This document shows positions 26,276 to 42,151 of a stretch of DNA of 64,000 bases, piece by piece. The stretch's first letter is position 1. Every line of letters begins with the position of its first letter. The stretch comes from Octopus sinensis. Its lineage: Eukaryota. The notes under the pieces are model-generated. The model saw only the letters and a list, made by a program, of their open reading frames with translations. It had not been told where the DNA came from and did no database searches. The DNA lies in NCBI RefSeq assembly GCF_006345805.1, contig NC_043014.1:17794001-17858000 (forward strand), given 5' to 3'. Position numbers and translations under genes: made by a program.

Positions 26276-27018
26276 GATTCTAATCACCTTATTTTGAAAT
26301 TGTATGGATAGTACCGTACTAAATTCTGGTGCCTCAACTTAAGTACCATATTCATCTGAATCTAAATTTTTGCTGAACTTATATATATACACTTATCTAG
26401 ATGGGACGCCGGTCCATCGCAGGATCACTCAATTTTACAAGCTGAGAGGACTGGAGCAGCGTGAAGTGAAGTGTTTCTCTCAAGAACACAACACATCGTT
26501 CGGTCCAGGAATGGAAACCACAATCTTACGATCATGAATACAACATCATAACCACTAAGCCTTACGCCGCTTTGTATATTTATATATACATGTGAATACA
26601 ATATATATATACTCGCACGCCCGTGATTACAAACACACACATATATATGGTCTTGTAGGTCTACTGGATTTTACAATTGTATGTTATACGTTTTTATGCT
26701 CCGAGTTCAAATCTTATCATTATTGACATCATTTTTCTTTATTTGGTAGACAATAACATAAGGATGAAATGGGAAAACCAAGAATTTGCACAAATCTTTC
26801 GCTACAATGCGTTGTTCAAAGTACTTAGTCACGTCCCTTATGTTCTGAGTTCAAATCAAGTAAACTGCGCTGCCTTATGCTCTCCATCCCATAAGTGTCG
26901 GTAAAGAATCTGCTATAATGTATTAGATACAAGAGACCAGCCTGTCCCTAATTTTTACTGTTGGGACACCCTTGAAATACACTCTAGGTTTCAGGGAACA
27001 CATACATAGAAGTGTGTA

Positions 27019-27211
27019 GGCGTGGCTGCGCTGTTAGGACGCTTGCCACTCAACCATCTGGTCTTGGGTTCAGTCCCACTGCGCAGCACCTTTGGAAAGT
27101 GTCTGTGTCTTGCACTATTGGCTCGAGGCGACTAAAAGCCCTAGTGTGTATTTGGAGCAGACGGTCACACACACACACACACACACACACAACACACACA
27201 CACACACACCA

Positions 27212-27242
<31 letters not shown>

Positions 27243-27575
27243 CATGGAAAGATAAGCAGACAGATGATAAATAGATAGATATGTATACAAACATACACAA
27301 ACCCACACACCCACACACCCACACACACACACGTAATACAATATGTATGTGTGTGTATGTATGTATGTATGTATGTATGTATGTATGTATGTATGTATGT
27401 ATGTATGTATGTATGTATGTATGTGTGTGTATTTGAGTTTGTAGTTTGTAGTCCCTCACCACCGCATGAAAATAGTTTGGCAAAAATTAAGTAATGAAGT
27501 TGATTTGCTAACCTAAACCCCTTGACAGCGGTGATCCAGCATAGCCAAAGTCCAATGAGTGAAACAAGTAATAGA
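27019..27575 (+). mobile_element. Degenerate SINE group A with expanded internal CA/TATG repeats
   Basis: Head and tail motifs flank microsatellites. Confidence 0.7.
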
Positions 27576-28082
27576 CAACAGATAAAAGATACATCTTTAT
27601 TAATGTTTTTTTCTTTCTTTTCCTAAACGAATTTCATAAGAGACTAAACAAACCATAAAAATATTTTTGAAATATTTGACAAAGCTAAACCCGTCTGACG
27701 TCACTAAGACAGCTCAAGAAATATCGTCATAACAAAAGCTTCAGACCAAATTATCTTAGAATTCTTATTAGAAATCAGTTTTGCCGAAGTGTCACCTCAC
27801 TATCAAATAATGCCAAAATTACGTGAATAATTCAATTAAGTAAACACGAAAATGACTCAAAGACACATAGGCATATAATAAACCTATCAATTGCATTTTC
27901 TCACAGAACTGATTAATGATTTCTTACGGAAAAATAGACGCTCAGAGAAACTATGCAAATGTATACAAAAATTGCTTACAGAGTTAAAAATCTAGACATA
28001 GTAAGTAAAAATAAATGGATCTTCTGTCAGTTTTGGCGAAGAATGTTCCAGTTGCTCGATCACAAAATTTTTCAATCCATTG

Positions 28083-28629
<547 letters not shown>

Positions 28630-29898
28630 CTGTGAATCGGTGGAAACGTTAGAGTGTCAGTTATTCAGTGACGATCTTTTCATTCTCAGTTCAAACCTCA
28701 ACGAGATCTGCTATGTCCTTTATCCTTCTTTCCTTTTCACTATATTTCTTATCTGGTGCAACTTCTACGAAACCACTAGAATGTAAAGGCTTGTACCTTA
28801 AAACGTACAGTTGTATCCTTAATATAATAACCAGTCAGAATAAAATTGGCGCTGAGTGTGATAATAGGGGTTTCCTTTGAATTACAGCTATTGACAGTCT
28901 GGGCGAACATCCACACCGTTTCTAGCTTCCCAATTTCACTTACATGGATAGCCAAAGGACCTATGTACTGACGACAGATTTTCTCAGAACAGCACAAAAG
29001 AATCGAAATGAAGGTGTCATGAGTATGAAGTTCACTTATTAACTATTTCGTCATATTGCTGTATCTATATACTATAAAGTAAAAGGAGCCTCCGTCAGAT
29101 TGAGATAATGTTCCAGTTGATCTATCTTGTTGCTATATTAAAGTAATCTTCTGACAGCCGAATTAATTTTTCAACCTCTCTGGCGAACATTCCAGTTATT
29201 GGTCTCAAATTTGGTACAAGGCCAACAAATTTGGGGGAAGAAATAAGTCGATTACATTGACCCTAGTGCTCAAATGGTACTCATTTTAACGACTCTGAAA
29301 TGATGAAAGGCAAAGTCGATCTCAGCGGAATTTGAACTCAGAACGTAAAGACGCCTCAGGACATCCCATTTATTGATTGGTCTACAAGAGGCTATTGTAG
29401 ACACTACTTGGGCGAAGTGATGTGCCGAAAGGTCGAACTTAAGATTTCATTACGAAAAATGTCTTAAACATTTCTATATCTGCACAGATACCCGAACACT
29501 TACACGCAAAGATACAAACACATGCAGACACGTACACACTCACATCCCTCTATGAAATTATGAGGTATTCTACAACACCTGCATTTTGAATGCTGCAGCA
29601 GTCTAGTCTTTCTGTTTGTTATGTTGTCCGTGGCACTTCAATAATCCAAAAGGATTAGGGTCAGGGCTTGTCATATGAACAGTGTTTAATAATAGAAGGG
29701 ATTTATTGTCTTCACGAAAGTTTCCTTCGGCGGGGAAAGGTTAATACTGTTGGCAAATGTAAACACCACGGAAATAAAATATGTGAGACATTGTTATCCG
29801 AGCATCCTACCCCACGCGCACCCACAAACATGTGTATTTATGTATGTATGTATGTATGTATGTATACACACACACACATATATATATATATATAATCA

Positions 29899-30003
<105 letters not shown>

Positions 30004-30250
30004 ATCTATACATATTGATGTATTTAGGGATGGTCATTTTTTTGTCAAATAAACATACACACTATATATTTTTCTTCACTTGTTTATTACTGTTCTTATT
30101 TTATCATTTTAACTCATGTCCATTGTCTAGAAATCGTCACACACCTCTTCAGCGACAATTTTCGTTTTTGTGCGTGTTCTTGATCCACTTACTCCATTCA
30201 GTTAATCTAAGATGTGTATCTTTATGTGCGCATGCGTTTGTGTCCTTGCT

Positions 30251-30294
<44 letters not shown>

Positions 30295-30469
30295 TGTTTC
30301 TGTATCATAGTTGTTAGCAGCAGTGTGGCCGTCCCCGCAGCCCCAGCCTCTCACCCCATTGTGCTGCTGCTGTCATAAGACCTTCTTTAGCCTGGGGTGC
30401 CGGTGTTTCTTCTTTTCCTACCTACTGTCTTTTGTGTTTGACATTTTTATGGAGAACCCATTTCTCGTC

Positions 30470-30960
30470 ACCAGTCACTATTCGGTCCAAAAACGGTTTA
30501 TTCCTGAGACGTAACAGCAAAGAAGAGCACACATTCACTCTCTGCGCACGATTATGCTCGGAAAGTTTGCGAGGAACCCATTGACCCAATTTGGTGACTT
30601 TTCTGTTGGCACGCAGGTGTCGATGAATGGTTGAATGACCAAATCTAATCTTCTCTACTAGTTCCTCAACAGTTACGATGGGATTTTGTTCCACCAGGGT
30701 TTGCAGGACGTCCTCGTCGAGATTTACATATCTTACAGGACGAGACTCATCTAAGCTGGAGTTTCCGGCTTGGAATTTCAGATCCCCATATACTGCATTA
30801 ATATTCCTCGCACTTTCAGCTGCGTGGTTGCCTTTATTGAACTCATAAAGCAAAATATGCCGAATATACTCCTTTGTCGCTTCCACTATAGCTTTGAAAA
30901 AATTACTGTTAAAATTGAACCACACTCTTCCAAACTTGCAATATGAACAAGTGCAAGGTA
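30470..30960 (-). mobile_element. Mariner transposase 5' half
   Basis: ORF 30422-30925: RHILLYEFNKG, QWVPRKL, RIVTGDEKW. Confidence 0.85.
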
Positions 30961-31498
30961 AACTTATTGCCTACTTTGTTGCAAGTTGGTGCTGGTAATT
31001 TATCCCGTCCCCCTCCAACTTTTAGTTCATGTAATTGAAAAAACCTCATTATTCATGGGATGACTTAATACATATGTACACCACCCTCCCACACATACAC
31101 GGGTGTGTATGATTGTGTATAGAAGAATATATTACTCAAAGAAATTCCAGCTTTGATGTTCACGTTTTATTTACACTCTTATAAAAATATAATATAATAT
31201 AATGAAATGATAGAATATTAAATGTCCATTCAGATTGAACTAGTACTTTCATGCATTAGACTATGCAATCTTCAAATTCATGTAGCAGAGGTGACAGCTA
31301 TATTCTACAATTTACAACTGTATATATATGTACGTATGTAAATTCACACACACACATGTATGCATGTATGTGTTTGTATACACACATACATATGTCTATG
31401 TCTGGTACTATTTATCGACATGCGTTGTCAAAAAATATTCAGTAACATCGTCAAACAGGCACATAGGTGCGACATCACGTTTAAAGAGCCCAAATGCC

Positions 31499-31535
<37 letters not shown>

Positions 31536-31759
31536 TCTATCTAGCTATGTAGCTAGCTAGCTACACATTAGTAACTGTACATATTCATATCTAGGTTAAT
31601 TAGCACTGTCAAGTCTGAGATTAGATTGGTTGGCAAGAAAATTTATAGGTATATAGATAATATCATTAAGAAAGCAACTAACTTCCAACAATAGTATAAT
31701 ATAATAGTATTACCGTCATTTGTTGATTTAACAATGGCTACAAGGAAATTAACCTAAAA

Positions 31760-32730
31760 TCCATCCGAACTGTCATCGTTCAGTTTTAACTTTTAATATG
31801 TTAATCCCTACTCATTAGTGTTTTAGAATTTGTTAAGACTTACAATGCTATTGAAAGTAATAAAACAGAGATTTTCATGAATAACAGGATAATCCTAAGT
31901 TTTGACAAAGATTCAGCTGGTGTCAAAAATTCACACATAGCAAATTCTTTCGATGTTTGCGTGGCAGTGATCTAGTGAGATCACTCAGTAAATCCTAGTC
32001 GTACTAAACAAGACATTTACTACATTGAAATGACAGATTGGCTAAGCGCCAAGTTCGACAATTTTTGGACATACTGAGATATCATTTCTCGAACACATTG
32101 AATATTTAAGGCCGAAAAAAAAAAATTGTAACTAATTGAAGACATTGTTAATTTCTTAAGCGTTACTCTCAATCAAGCAAAAGAGTATCAAATTTGTCAT
32201 TTATAAAGAAATCTTCGCAAAGCAGCCTTCTATCATTAAATCTTAGAATCCAGCGGAATTAAAGATTAGATTAACTGCATCCAAAATATGTAGACATACA
32301 GAAATATAATACTGTTTACAATGAACTTTTCATTAAATATTATGTCTAAATTTGGCCTGAATTTTTCAACTTTAATCGCCAAACACTTACCCTTCAAATC
32401 AAAAATAAGAAGCATTATTCTGGAGGAATAAACTTATATTATTTTAGAACTCCTCCACTATCATAAAGAATCTTATAATTTATAATTCACATAAATCAAC
32501 CCTGGCAAACTATACATACAAGAACACCAACATATGTGTACTCAGTTGGTAATATAATACTAAAGGAACCGTATATGAAACAGAAGTCACTTCCACTAAA
32601 CCAGACCTAGAACTAGCACATAAACTTTCCACAGGTTATCCCGAAGGACAATTTAAACAATGATACTTTAAACATATTTCTTCCATCAGATACACTGAAT
32701 AGAGAAGTGTGGTGAAATTATCTAATTCTT
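31760..32730 (+). mobile_element. Highly degenerate PLE relic (RT end plus GIY-YIG region)
   Basis: Hand translation LIAKHLP, KGTVYETEV, EGQFKQ*YFKHISS, KLSN. Confidence 0.5.
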
Positions 32731-32929
32731 GCATCTTGCGCAAGTGCTTTTATACATAAATGCACTTACGCAAGATGCATGGCGCACGTACACTCGCTCA
32801 CACAAGCATCCACGAAGATGTAAGCATACCCACACGGAGGGTTTGGTGCGCACACATTCACATAGCGAGTTAAATAGCTACTTGGTGTTTATAAGAACGG
32901 GGAAGCTAAAGCTAATCTTAATTCATCCA

Positions 32930-34140
32930 TACTTTAAAGTAAATTATGTTTACTGTTACTCAAATTCATTCCCATTGCATTATAAGAAAGTACATTTATA
33001 TGCATGTAGGTATCTTGAGAGACTTTCAGAAATTCTATTAATGATCTCCTGGAAATGATATATAGTTTTGCGTGTCTTGCTATTCTGAAATGAATCAACC
33101 GTTTGCCCAATGTAAACATGCGGCCCTCCCCTTGTGTGCACGGTACATTTATATACAAGATTTGTACTCATCCAGAGATTCATCAATGGGCATTTTGATT
33201 ATTCTCTGCATGAGCATTTATAATATTTATTTGTATATATGACTTCATTTTCCGACGTTGTTACTGGGTTAGCTACATCATGATCATTTCTGCTATCACG
33301 ATTTGGCTGCATTTGGTGCTTTCTATTGTGGTTTACGTCTCCTTCGTTGGTAGATGCGTATGTTTGTTAGATCCAATAGGTGGGTTATTGAACTGTTGTC
33401 CCATTTTACTATTGCTTATGCAGTGTATATGTTGCTCTAAATTAGTAGAGTTAGCGCAGGATAACTTCACGGTGTGCCGATTAAAAATAACATGGTATCT
33501 ATTAGATTTAGGAAAACGTTTGTCTAAAGCGACATTGGTGTTCTTGTATGTATAGTTAGCCACGGTTGATTTGTGCGAATTATTAATTAAAAGATTCTTT
33601 ATGATAGTGGAGGAGTTCTAAAATAATATAAGTTTATTCCTCCAGAATAATGCTTCTTATTTTTGGTTGAAACATGCAAACTGAAAACTGGGTTGTACCA
33701 GATAACATCAGGATTCCTATATCTCTTGTTTGATCTAGTGAGTTGTACAGTATTGGAACAATTTACTGTGTTATAAGCAGTTGATTATTGTGTTGTGTGC
33801 GTCTATGAGTTTTCGTTGGTAGTTCATTGCTACCAATTCTTCCTAGCCTGTATTCTCGATCTGAGTAAGTTCCCATACCGTAACGTTGTGATGGTGCACA
33901 TTATTATTATTGAAGAACTGACAGTGTTGTGTATGGCTGCTTCTTGTATATATTGAATTTTCTTATGGTATTCAGCCATGTGATTCGAAAATTTTTTATT
34001 GGCAGATAATCTAGAAATTCTTGTAGAAATATTCTTAACTAATGCCCGCATTATCGAGGGTGGATGGCTGGATGCCACATTTATGTATTCAATATGCTAG
34101 ATGTCTCGAAACATTTGTTGTGATTAATAAAAATTTTCAT
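32930..34140 (-). mobile_element. Degenerate PLE relic (thumb, linker, GIY-YIG)
   Basis: SSHPPSI..ISTRISRLS, VIWYNPVFS, DKRFPK..IFNRHTVKLS, VYKCTV..HVYIGQT. Confidence 0.75.
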
Positions 34141-34189
34141 ATCTTCTATCGTCTTTCATTTGCCATATATATATATCTTTTGCTTGTAT

Positions 34190-34221
<32 letters not shown>

Positions 34222-34881
34222 GTATATGTGTGTGTGTATATATACACGCAAAAGATAAAATATATTTTTATTTATGTATACACACACATGCATACATAAC
34301 ATACATACATACATGCATAGTGTGCGTATCTGGGAAGAGACATATGTATTCAAATACACGCCACATATATGTATTAATATATATACGTGTAACTATCTAT
34401 TTACCTATCTATATATATATATGTTTGCTTTCAAGTGAAATATTATATAACAGAAGCCAGTCATTAACTTGAAGGCCTGCTCGACACTTTTCTGTAGAGT
34501 AACAAATATTTTAATAGCAAAAATTACTTAGAAGTTTCGACTATGCACGTATCACATAAAATTGCACAAAAATAATAAACGCAAATACAGGAATTTTTGC
34601 AGAAAGAAATCTACAGGATAACTAGCTTACTCTTGACAACCATCTTTGTCTTGCTGAAGTGTAAGAATTACGTATTTCATTATCGTCAAAATGTATACAT
34701 ATATAAGCATTGGCATTAGTGTTCAAGTGCATAATAATATTAATGAATGAACGTGGCACATTCGCACCAAGCTCTCGGTATCTTTTACATTGTCAAATGT
34801 TTTAGAAAGGTCAACAATAGCTGTCACAACATTGCATTTTAGAAGCAGCAGGCGTCGATGCAATATTCTTTACGCAACTGT

Positions 34882-34924
<43 letters not shown>

Positions 34925-36169
34925 AAGAAGAAGAATTTCTGTTTGGCTTGAATGCAGACTGGAAACTTAGAATCAGTTCTATTCTTGTAGTCAGTCTTAT
35001 GCATATGAGTATTGGTGGTGATGAGCAATATTCCTTTTTAATTTGAAATGTTCATGCATGCGCATGTTCATACGTACGCAAGCAAGTATGTGTGTGTGCT
35101 TAAATATATATATGTTATGCCAAAATGTGTAAAGATCTAGGCATAGGTGCAAATGTTTAAAGATCTATGCACTAGCGCATAATAATATTAATGAATGGAT
35201 TTGGAAACCAACTGCACATCACAAACAATAAAAAAAAAGGAGAATCGTGGAGAAAACTACGCCATATCTAAATGGATCAAAGCGATATAAGTTGTGCATA
35301 ACAAAAAGATCGCACGTTCGTTTTAGATCCAAGAATTCCATCCGAAATATTTAGCAAATGCAAAAACGTGAACAGATTTCTTTTGCCGAACTGGAGGACA
35401 CCACCCTCTCCGGATTAAGTAGCTATCTCACAGACTTTGGCCTCCTCTCTGCTATATGTTTTTACACTAACTAGATTAATGATAATTTCAACAGACAAAG
35501 GGGATGTAAATTTTGGTTTTCTTCATTTTCGATTATTTTTTTTGCGTTCCACTTTTTATGTTAACCTCCTTCACGTTTTACATCTCAATTTTTTAACATG
35601 TTTTTTTTTTTGTATTGACCTTGAAAGGTTACTCCGAGACACATGCTATGCTATATAAATCTGCCAGACTATTGTATCTCAACAGTATGAAAATATTAGT
35701 AGCTGTCTTTTAAATCCTGTGCGTGTGTATGTGTAAGGTTTTCATATATATATATATCAAGTTCTTCTGCGGATATCGGCACCCGATGTTATCAGACAGG
35801 AGGACTTCTCCTTGTCCTGAATATATAAGTGTAAATCCGCGAGTATCCGTAGAGCTTATACAAAATAATTTTTGATACAAGACGGAATGAACAGGTTTAA
35901 TTAGAAATCACCAAACGTGTAGTGATTTGTAATAAAATCTGTTCTTTCCATTTTCTTGAATTAAAATTCTTTTGTGTGTGAATATATACATATGTGTATG
36001 TGTGTGTAGGTATGTGTGTGTGTGCGTGTGTGTGTAATTAACATATATACATGTATATGTATGAAATATATATATATAGACATGTATATGTGTATATATA
36101 TATATATATTTCATATATATATATATAGACATGTATATGTGTATATATATATATATAATATATATATGA

Positions 36170-36206
<37 letters not shown>

Positions 36207-36213
36207 ATATTAT

Positions 36214-36246
<33 letters not shown>

Positions 36247-37429
36247 GATATATATATATATATGATATATATATATATAGATAGATAAATATGAATATAT
36301 ATATATACTTGTGTATGAGTGTATGCAAAAACACGTATGTATAAGCATGTATGCATGTGTATAATGTGTGTCTGTGTATATTCATATATATGTACATATA
36401 TGTATATGTATGTATACACATGCATGTATGTATGTATGTATATATGTATGTATATATATATATATATTATATATATATATTATATATATATATATATTAT
36501 ATATATATAATATATATATATATATATAAATGTAGATAGATTGATAGATATTGTATGTAGAGATGTATATACACATATCCATTTCATGCGTCGAACATGT
36601 TGATAATGGTAGTTGGTAGTGGTGGTGATAAAAGGGTGAATGATATCGTTCTAATCAAACACCTACATATGTTCTCACCTGCAATCCGTTCAACCACATT
36701 CATCACGGCACGCCGCCACCGCCTCTGCCTATAAAGATGTCGACAACGACGATGACAAGACCCCCCCACCATCACTATACATTACGCGCTACAACTAGTA
36801 TTTCAGCCATCCATTCTCACATCAGACACGCAAACCCATGTCACACCTGAACAATATTTACAATACTAGAAATGAATAAATTCTTAAGATGAACAAAAGA
36901 AAGCGATAAAGTTTGTGATGTGAACACCAAGAGACAAAACCTCCGTGACTTAAATACATATTTATGTACAAACACTCATATGCATATATGTTATACATAC
37001 GCATAAACACACGAGTAAGTAAAGACGTATACGCATACACATTGATACACACATACACACACTTATATCTCCACGTACATAAATATATATAGAAACACAC
37101 ATGTACTTATGCACAGACACACTCATATATACACGACAGACAACTTTCGACAAAAATGGACGATTAATAATCGTAGAAATGTTTATAAATGTAAATATTC
37201 ACTTATTTATTTTTTTAATAATAATCGTAGAAATATAACAATGCTAACATATATACACACATACATATACATACAATTCAACGTGTGAAACCGTTAATCA
37301 CCGCACGTTTTTTCAGTAGAAGTGGGTAGACACGAAATATCAAAGAATTCTCCAATTTTTCTTGAGAGTCAAGCCTATACACCTTCTTCGTCGTTGGTGT
37401 TTGATTAGAACAATATCATTCGTCGTTCC

Positions 37430-37990
37430 CTCACCTGTCTTATGGGACAGTACATCCTGAACATTTTAGGTCTCTACAGAGATGACGCCCTAGCCCTCAT
37501 TAGCCCTCCTTAAAAAGGATCTAATTAGCGCCCTAGACTCAACGGAACTCAAGATCCCCATTGAGACTCATCTCGCCACAGTAGATTTGCTAGATGTTAC
37601 TTTAGATCTGGTCTCTGGTACATGCAAGCTCTTTCACAAACCAAACGAGAGGCTGTCCTATATTAACACAGCTTCCCGCCCTCCCACTATAGTGTTCAAG
37701 AACCTAGAGAAAGGTTGCAAGAAACTTGAATCTCTCCTCCAACCAAGATATCTTCGACGCCGCTGTCCCCTACTACAACGAAGCACTGGCATCAAGTGGG
37801 TTTAAGGACCGCATCTCCTACATGCCAAGCCCTAGCACCCGGAAAAGGAAGCGCCGCAGAACCGTCGTTTATTTTGCCCCACTCTTCTCACACAACGTCA
37901 AGACTTGTGTGGGAAGGATTTCCCTCAGATTAATAGATAAGCACTTCACACAGATACATACATACAGGAATTATTTAACAGGCACCACCC
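37430..37990 (+). mobile_element. GLYRDD-type PLE RT C-terminal relic
   Basis: GLYRDDAL, LDVTLDL..KPNERLSYINT, YNEALASSGF, RLIDKHF. Confidence 0.8.
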
Positions 37991-39000
37991 AAGAGGTGCA
38001 TATATATATATATAATATATATATATATAATATATATATTATATATATATATATATATATATCGTTGTTTGCGTATTTAACTCGATTGTTTTCGTACTTC
38101 ATGTTATTTACACAGTTGGTGACGTCCTGTACCCATAAGCACACACACACATACATAAATATATATGCAAATCCACAATAGAAGAATTTGTCCGCTGTAC
38201 TAAACTAGGAAATCGAACACCGGACCACAATGTTGCAAAGCAAGATTCTTATCACACACACACGATAATGGATGCAACAAGAATGGTGAGAGGAAGACAG
38301 ATGAGTGGATGGGAATGCCTGAATAGAGAGGTCACAAGGCAAGTTAGCCCCGAAGAGAAGCGGTCAGTACTATAGCAGTAGAAAAGATAGATAGATAGAT
38401 AGGTAGAGAGATAGACAGAGAAAGTGAGAGAGAGAGAGAGGGAGAGATAGAGAGAGAGAGATAGAGAGAGAGAAAGAAAGAGAGGGAACACACATCTCAT
38501 TTGTGAGACTGAGGCTAGAGCCAGTGAGTAACTTCACGCTAACCAGTTTAGTTTGGAGATGTAGGATGGCAGAACTTCAGCAATATCTCGGAGAAATGTC
38601 TGCAATTTGAAAATATTCTCAACAGGTGATGCACCGGAAAACATGTTTTATTCAATAATTTTTCTTAAATTTCTCCAGTATCTTTTTAAAAAAGATACCA
38701 TATATAAACTCTTATATTGTTAAATAGTCAAGGGAAGTGACCGATTTCCGGAAATCCAAAAGCTTGTGCATAGAACAACGGATTTAACTATTTCCAAAAA
38801 GTCAACATAAATAGATAAAAATGCATCATTTGAATATCAAGTATTAGTGATGTACACATAATTATACACACACTAATACATAGAAGTATATACGTGTGTA
38901 TATATTTTTATGCATGTAGAAATATCAATGTATCTATAAAAGTATGTATCTACAATATACATAAGTACATTTGCATATATATGCATATACATACATGCAC

Positions 39001-39046
<46 letters not shown>

Positions 39047-39748
39047 GCATTATGTATGTATGTATGTTTGTATACATATATACAAACATATGTATACATT
39101 CATATATATTTATAGTTTATATTTATTTGTAATGATCATACCAAGCTACTTTGATCTAGTGTTGGCCTTCCATACATTGTATATACGAAGAATAAATTTT
39201 GTATATATATACTTAGGGTTGAAGCCTGTAACCACGACCTACTGGTGATCTGATGAGCTAGCTTTCTTCATCACTGATTTTTAATCATATAATTGTATTA
39301 CTCAATACATAGCATTCATATTCATGTAGACATGTAAACTAAGTTATTATACGCTGAAGCTATTACTATTTGATGAAGGCTGCGAAACGGCCTTAACCCT
39401 AAGGATAACATGGGGTTAGATAAAGATATTCACCTCTCATACTTTTTGAATTTTTGTGTTTTATGAACTAATGTCATCGATTGGATCTCCTGGATTTCAG
39501 CAGCATAGAACTCCGTATTATACTCCTCCCTATTCGATTACTAGGTGGACTGCTAGCCGGGTCTGCTAGAAGAGCCTTCTGTGATAGCCACATGATTCTA
39601 CGAGTCCTTATATGACACGACAAATATACACGCGCACACACACACAAGCACACACACTCACACACAGACATATGCACATACACAGTAATTGTATATGCAT
39701 GTATGCATGTGTGTATATGTGTAATACATACATACATACATACATACA

Positions 39749-39779
<31 letters not shown>

Positions 39780-40189
39780 GTATATACACCACATGTATAT
39801 ACATATGTTTGTAGGAATTTCTTTGCAGTCAATCTGTCAGGTGTATGTTCTCAGTGAAAGGTTACTATCTTATCAATTCCCTTAACAAGCCCGTTTAAGG
39901 AGCTCTTCTATCTATTATTGTCAGTCTTCCACATTTTTTTCCACCCTTCTCAATAGAATGGAACGGGAAGTGACAAAAAATTTAACGGCCTCCATCCCTA
40001 CCCACACCCTCTGTATACATGCAGGTGATGTGTTTTATTGTTTCCGAGATCTCTTACACTACATCCCTTTGGAACAGACACACACTCGCCCCCCCACACG
40101 TACACACATACACACACACACATTCTTCCGCCAAAACAGCAACACCCATCACCACTTCCACCACTGCGACCGACACAACCACTGCCGTT

Positions 40190-40190
40190 G

Positions 40191-40265
<75 letters not shown>

Positions 40266-40504
40266 AGCTGCTGCTGCTGCTACTACTATTACTTCACTCC
40301 ATCACCAATACAACTACTACTAATAAAAAGGAGCCTCTAAACGGTCGCTTGATTAAATGAAAATAATATCAAAATACCCCTCATGTCAGACAAGCGTTGG
40401 CTATCTTGTTATTTGTGCATAGCAAAAGACGGGATGGTCATAACTGGAATACCTTTGATCGTAAGCCTGATCGATCACTGCTGACCTTTAGCTAAAGAAC
40501 AACG

Positions 40505-40572
<68 letters not shown>

Positions 40573-41110
40573 TTACTACTACTACTACTACTACTACTTC
40601 TATGTTATCAACGTGAACACCAGCGTCGTCATTAAAATTACGACGTTCAAAATCTCCATTAAATCATCATCACTATAGTCGTCCAACGATGTAGCAACAC
40701 CATAGCACAATGCTCTAGCTTCTGCCCCACCCACCAGGATCCTCCTCCATCACCACCACCACCACCACCACCACCACCACCACCATCATTACCACCAACA
40801 CCGCCGCCGCCGCCACTACCACTATCACTACCATAAGCACTGTCACCACCTACACCACCACCATCACCACCACCACCACCAATAACAACCACCACCACTA
40901 CCACCACCGCTGCAGCCACTCCACTATCATTACCTTCAGCGCTGTCACCACCTACACTACCATCACCAATAACATTCTCCACCACCACTGCAACCACCAC
41001 CATCAACGCCACCATCATCAGCACCGCTACCATCACTTCCACCGTCACCGCCACCATCACCGATATCATTACCGCCACTGCTATCATCATCACCGCCACC
41101 ACGAGTACCA
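40190..41110. repeat. (CTA)n and degenerate (ACC/ATC)n low-complexity tract
   Basis: Directly visible trinucleotide runs. Confidence 0.9.
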
Positions 41111-41542
41111 AAAAAAACTAAGACCTACTCAAACCGTCACCACCACCATCAACCCAACGCCACCGTCAACACACCTCCGTAAAAAATACAAAAAACTATT
41201 ACTATGCCCCATCCAACACGCCCATCACTTTCGAAGAAAGGTGCCCTCTGCCCGCGCCAGGGTACGATGCTCAAGATGAGCGCGAAGGAATAGAAAGAAA
41301 GAAAATAATCCCAAAGAAATTTAGAAATCAAGGGAGTCACAACATTAACAACCACAGCTAGAACAACAACAACAACAACAACATTAGCTATCTGGAGTAC
41401 AACAAGAAAGAAACTGACCCTCATCTATAACTGTGAGGTTCTATTTAATAAGCAACTGAAATGTCGAGCTCCTTAGCAGATGACAGCGCAGGAGAAATAT
41501 AGATAGATTGACAGATAGACAGATAGATAGACAGAGAGATAG

Positions 41543-41574
<32 letters not shown>

Positions 41575-41755
41575 TGAGAGTGAGAGAGGAAGAGAGAAAG
41601 AGAAAGAGGAGGTGTGAGGGAAATAGGTAGCTAAACATATATAGAGAGAGATATGGAGAGAGAAGGCGGTGTTTTAAGTTGGTAACTGAAAATCATTTTG
41701 CTACACATTTGAATGCTCGTCTTCAGTTGGAATGTTTGGGCTGAAATTTATGAGG

Positions 41756-41828
<73 letters not shown>

Positions 41829-42003
41829 CACACAAAAATACATAACACATACAAACACATATACACACACGCACACATATACATACACATACGTTCACGC
41901 ACACACTCACACATGGTGTTACCCGAACAGACAAAAACTTTTCAGACATACGCACGCACACACGAACACCACACACGTACAACAAACGCACGCACCCATG
42001 TAT

Positions 42004-42105
<102 letters not shown>

Positions 42106-42151
42106 GTATAATATACATACATACATTCATACATACATGCATACATTCTTA

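Noticed and set aside
28960-29025. CTGACGA..gatt/aatc..GAAA..GTC
   Set aside because: Stem I does not pair.
36740-36760. GAC AAC GAC GAT GAC AAG, FLAG-like DNDDDK
   Set aside because: Not the FLAG sequence and no vector context.
40659-41111. 150 aa Gly/Val-rich ORF
   Set aside because: Degenerate trinucleotide repeat.
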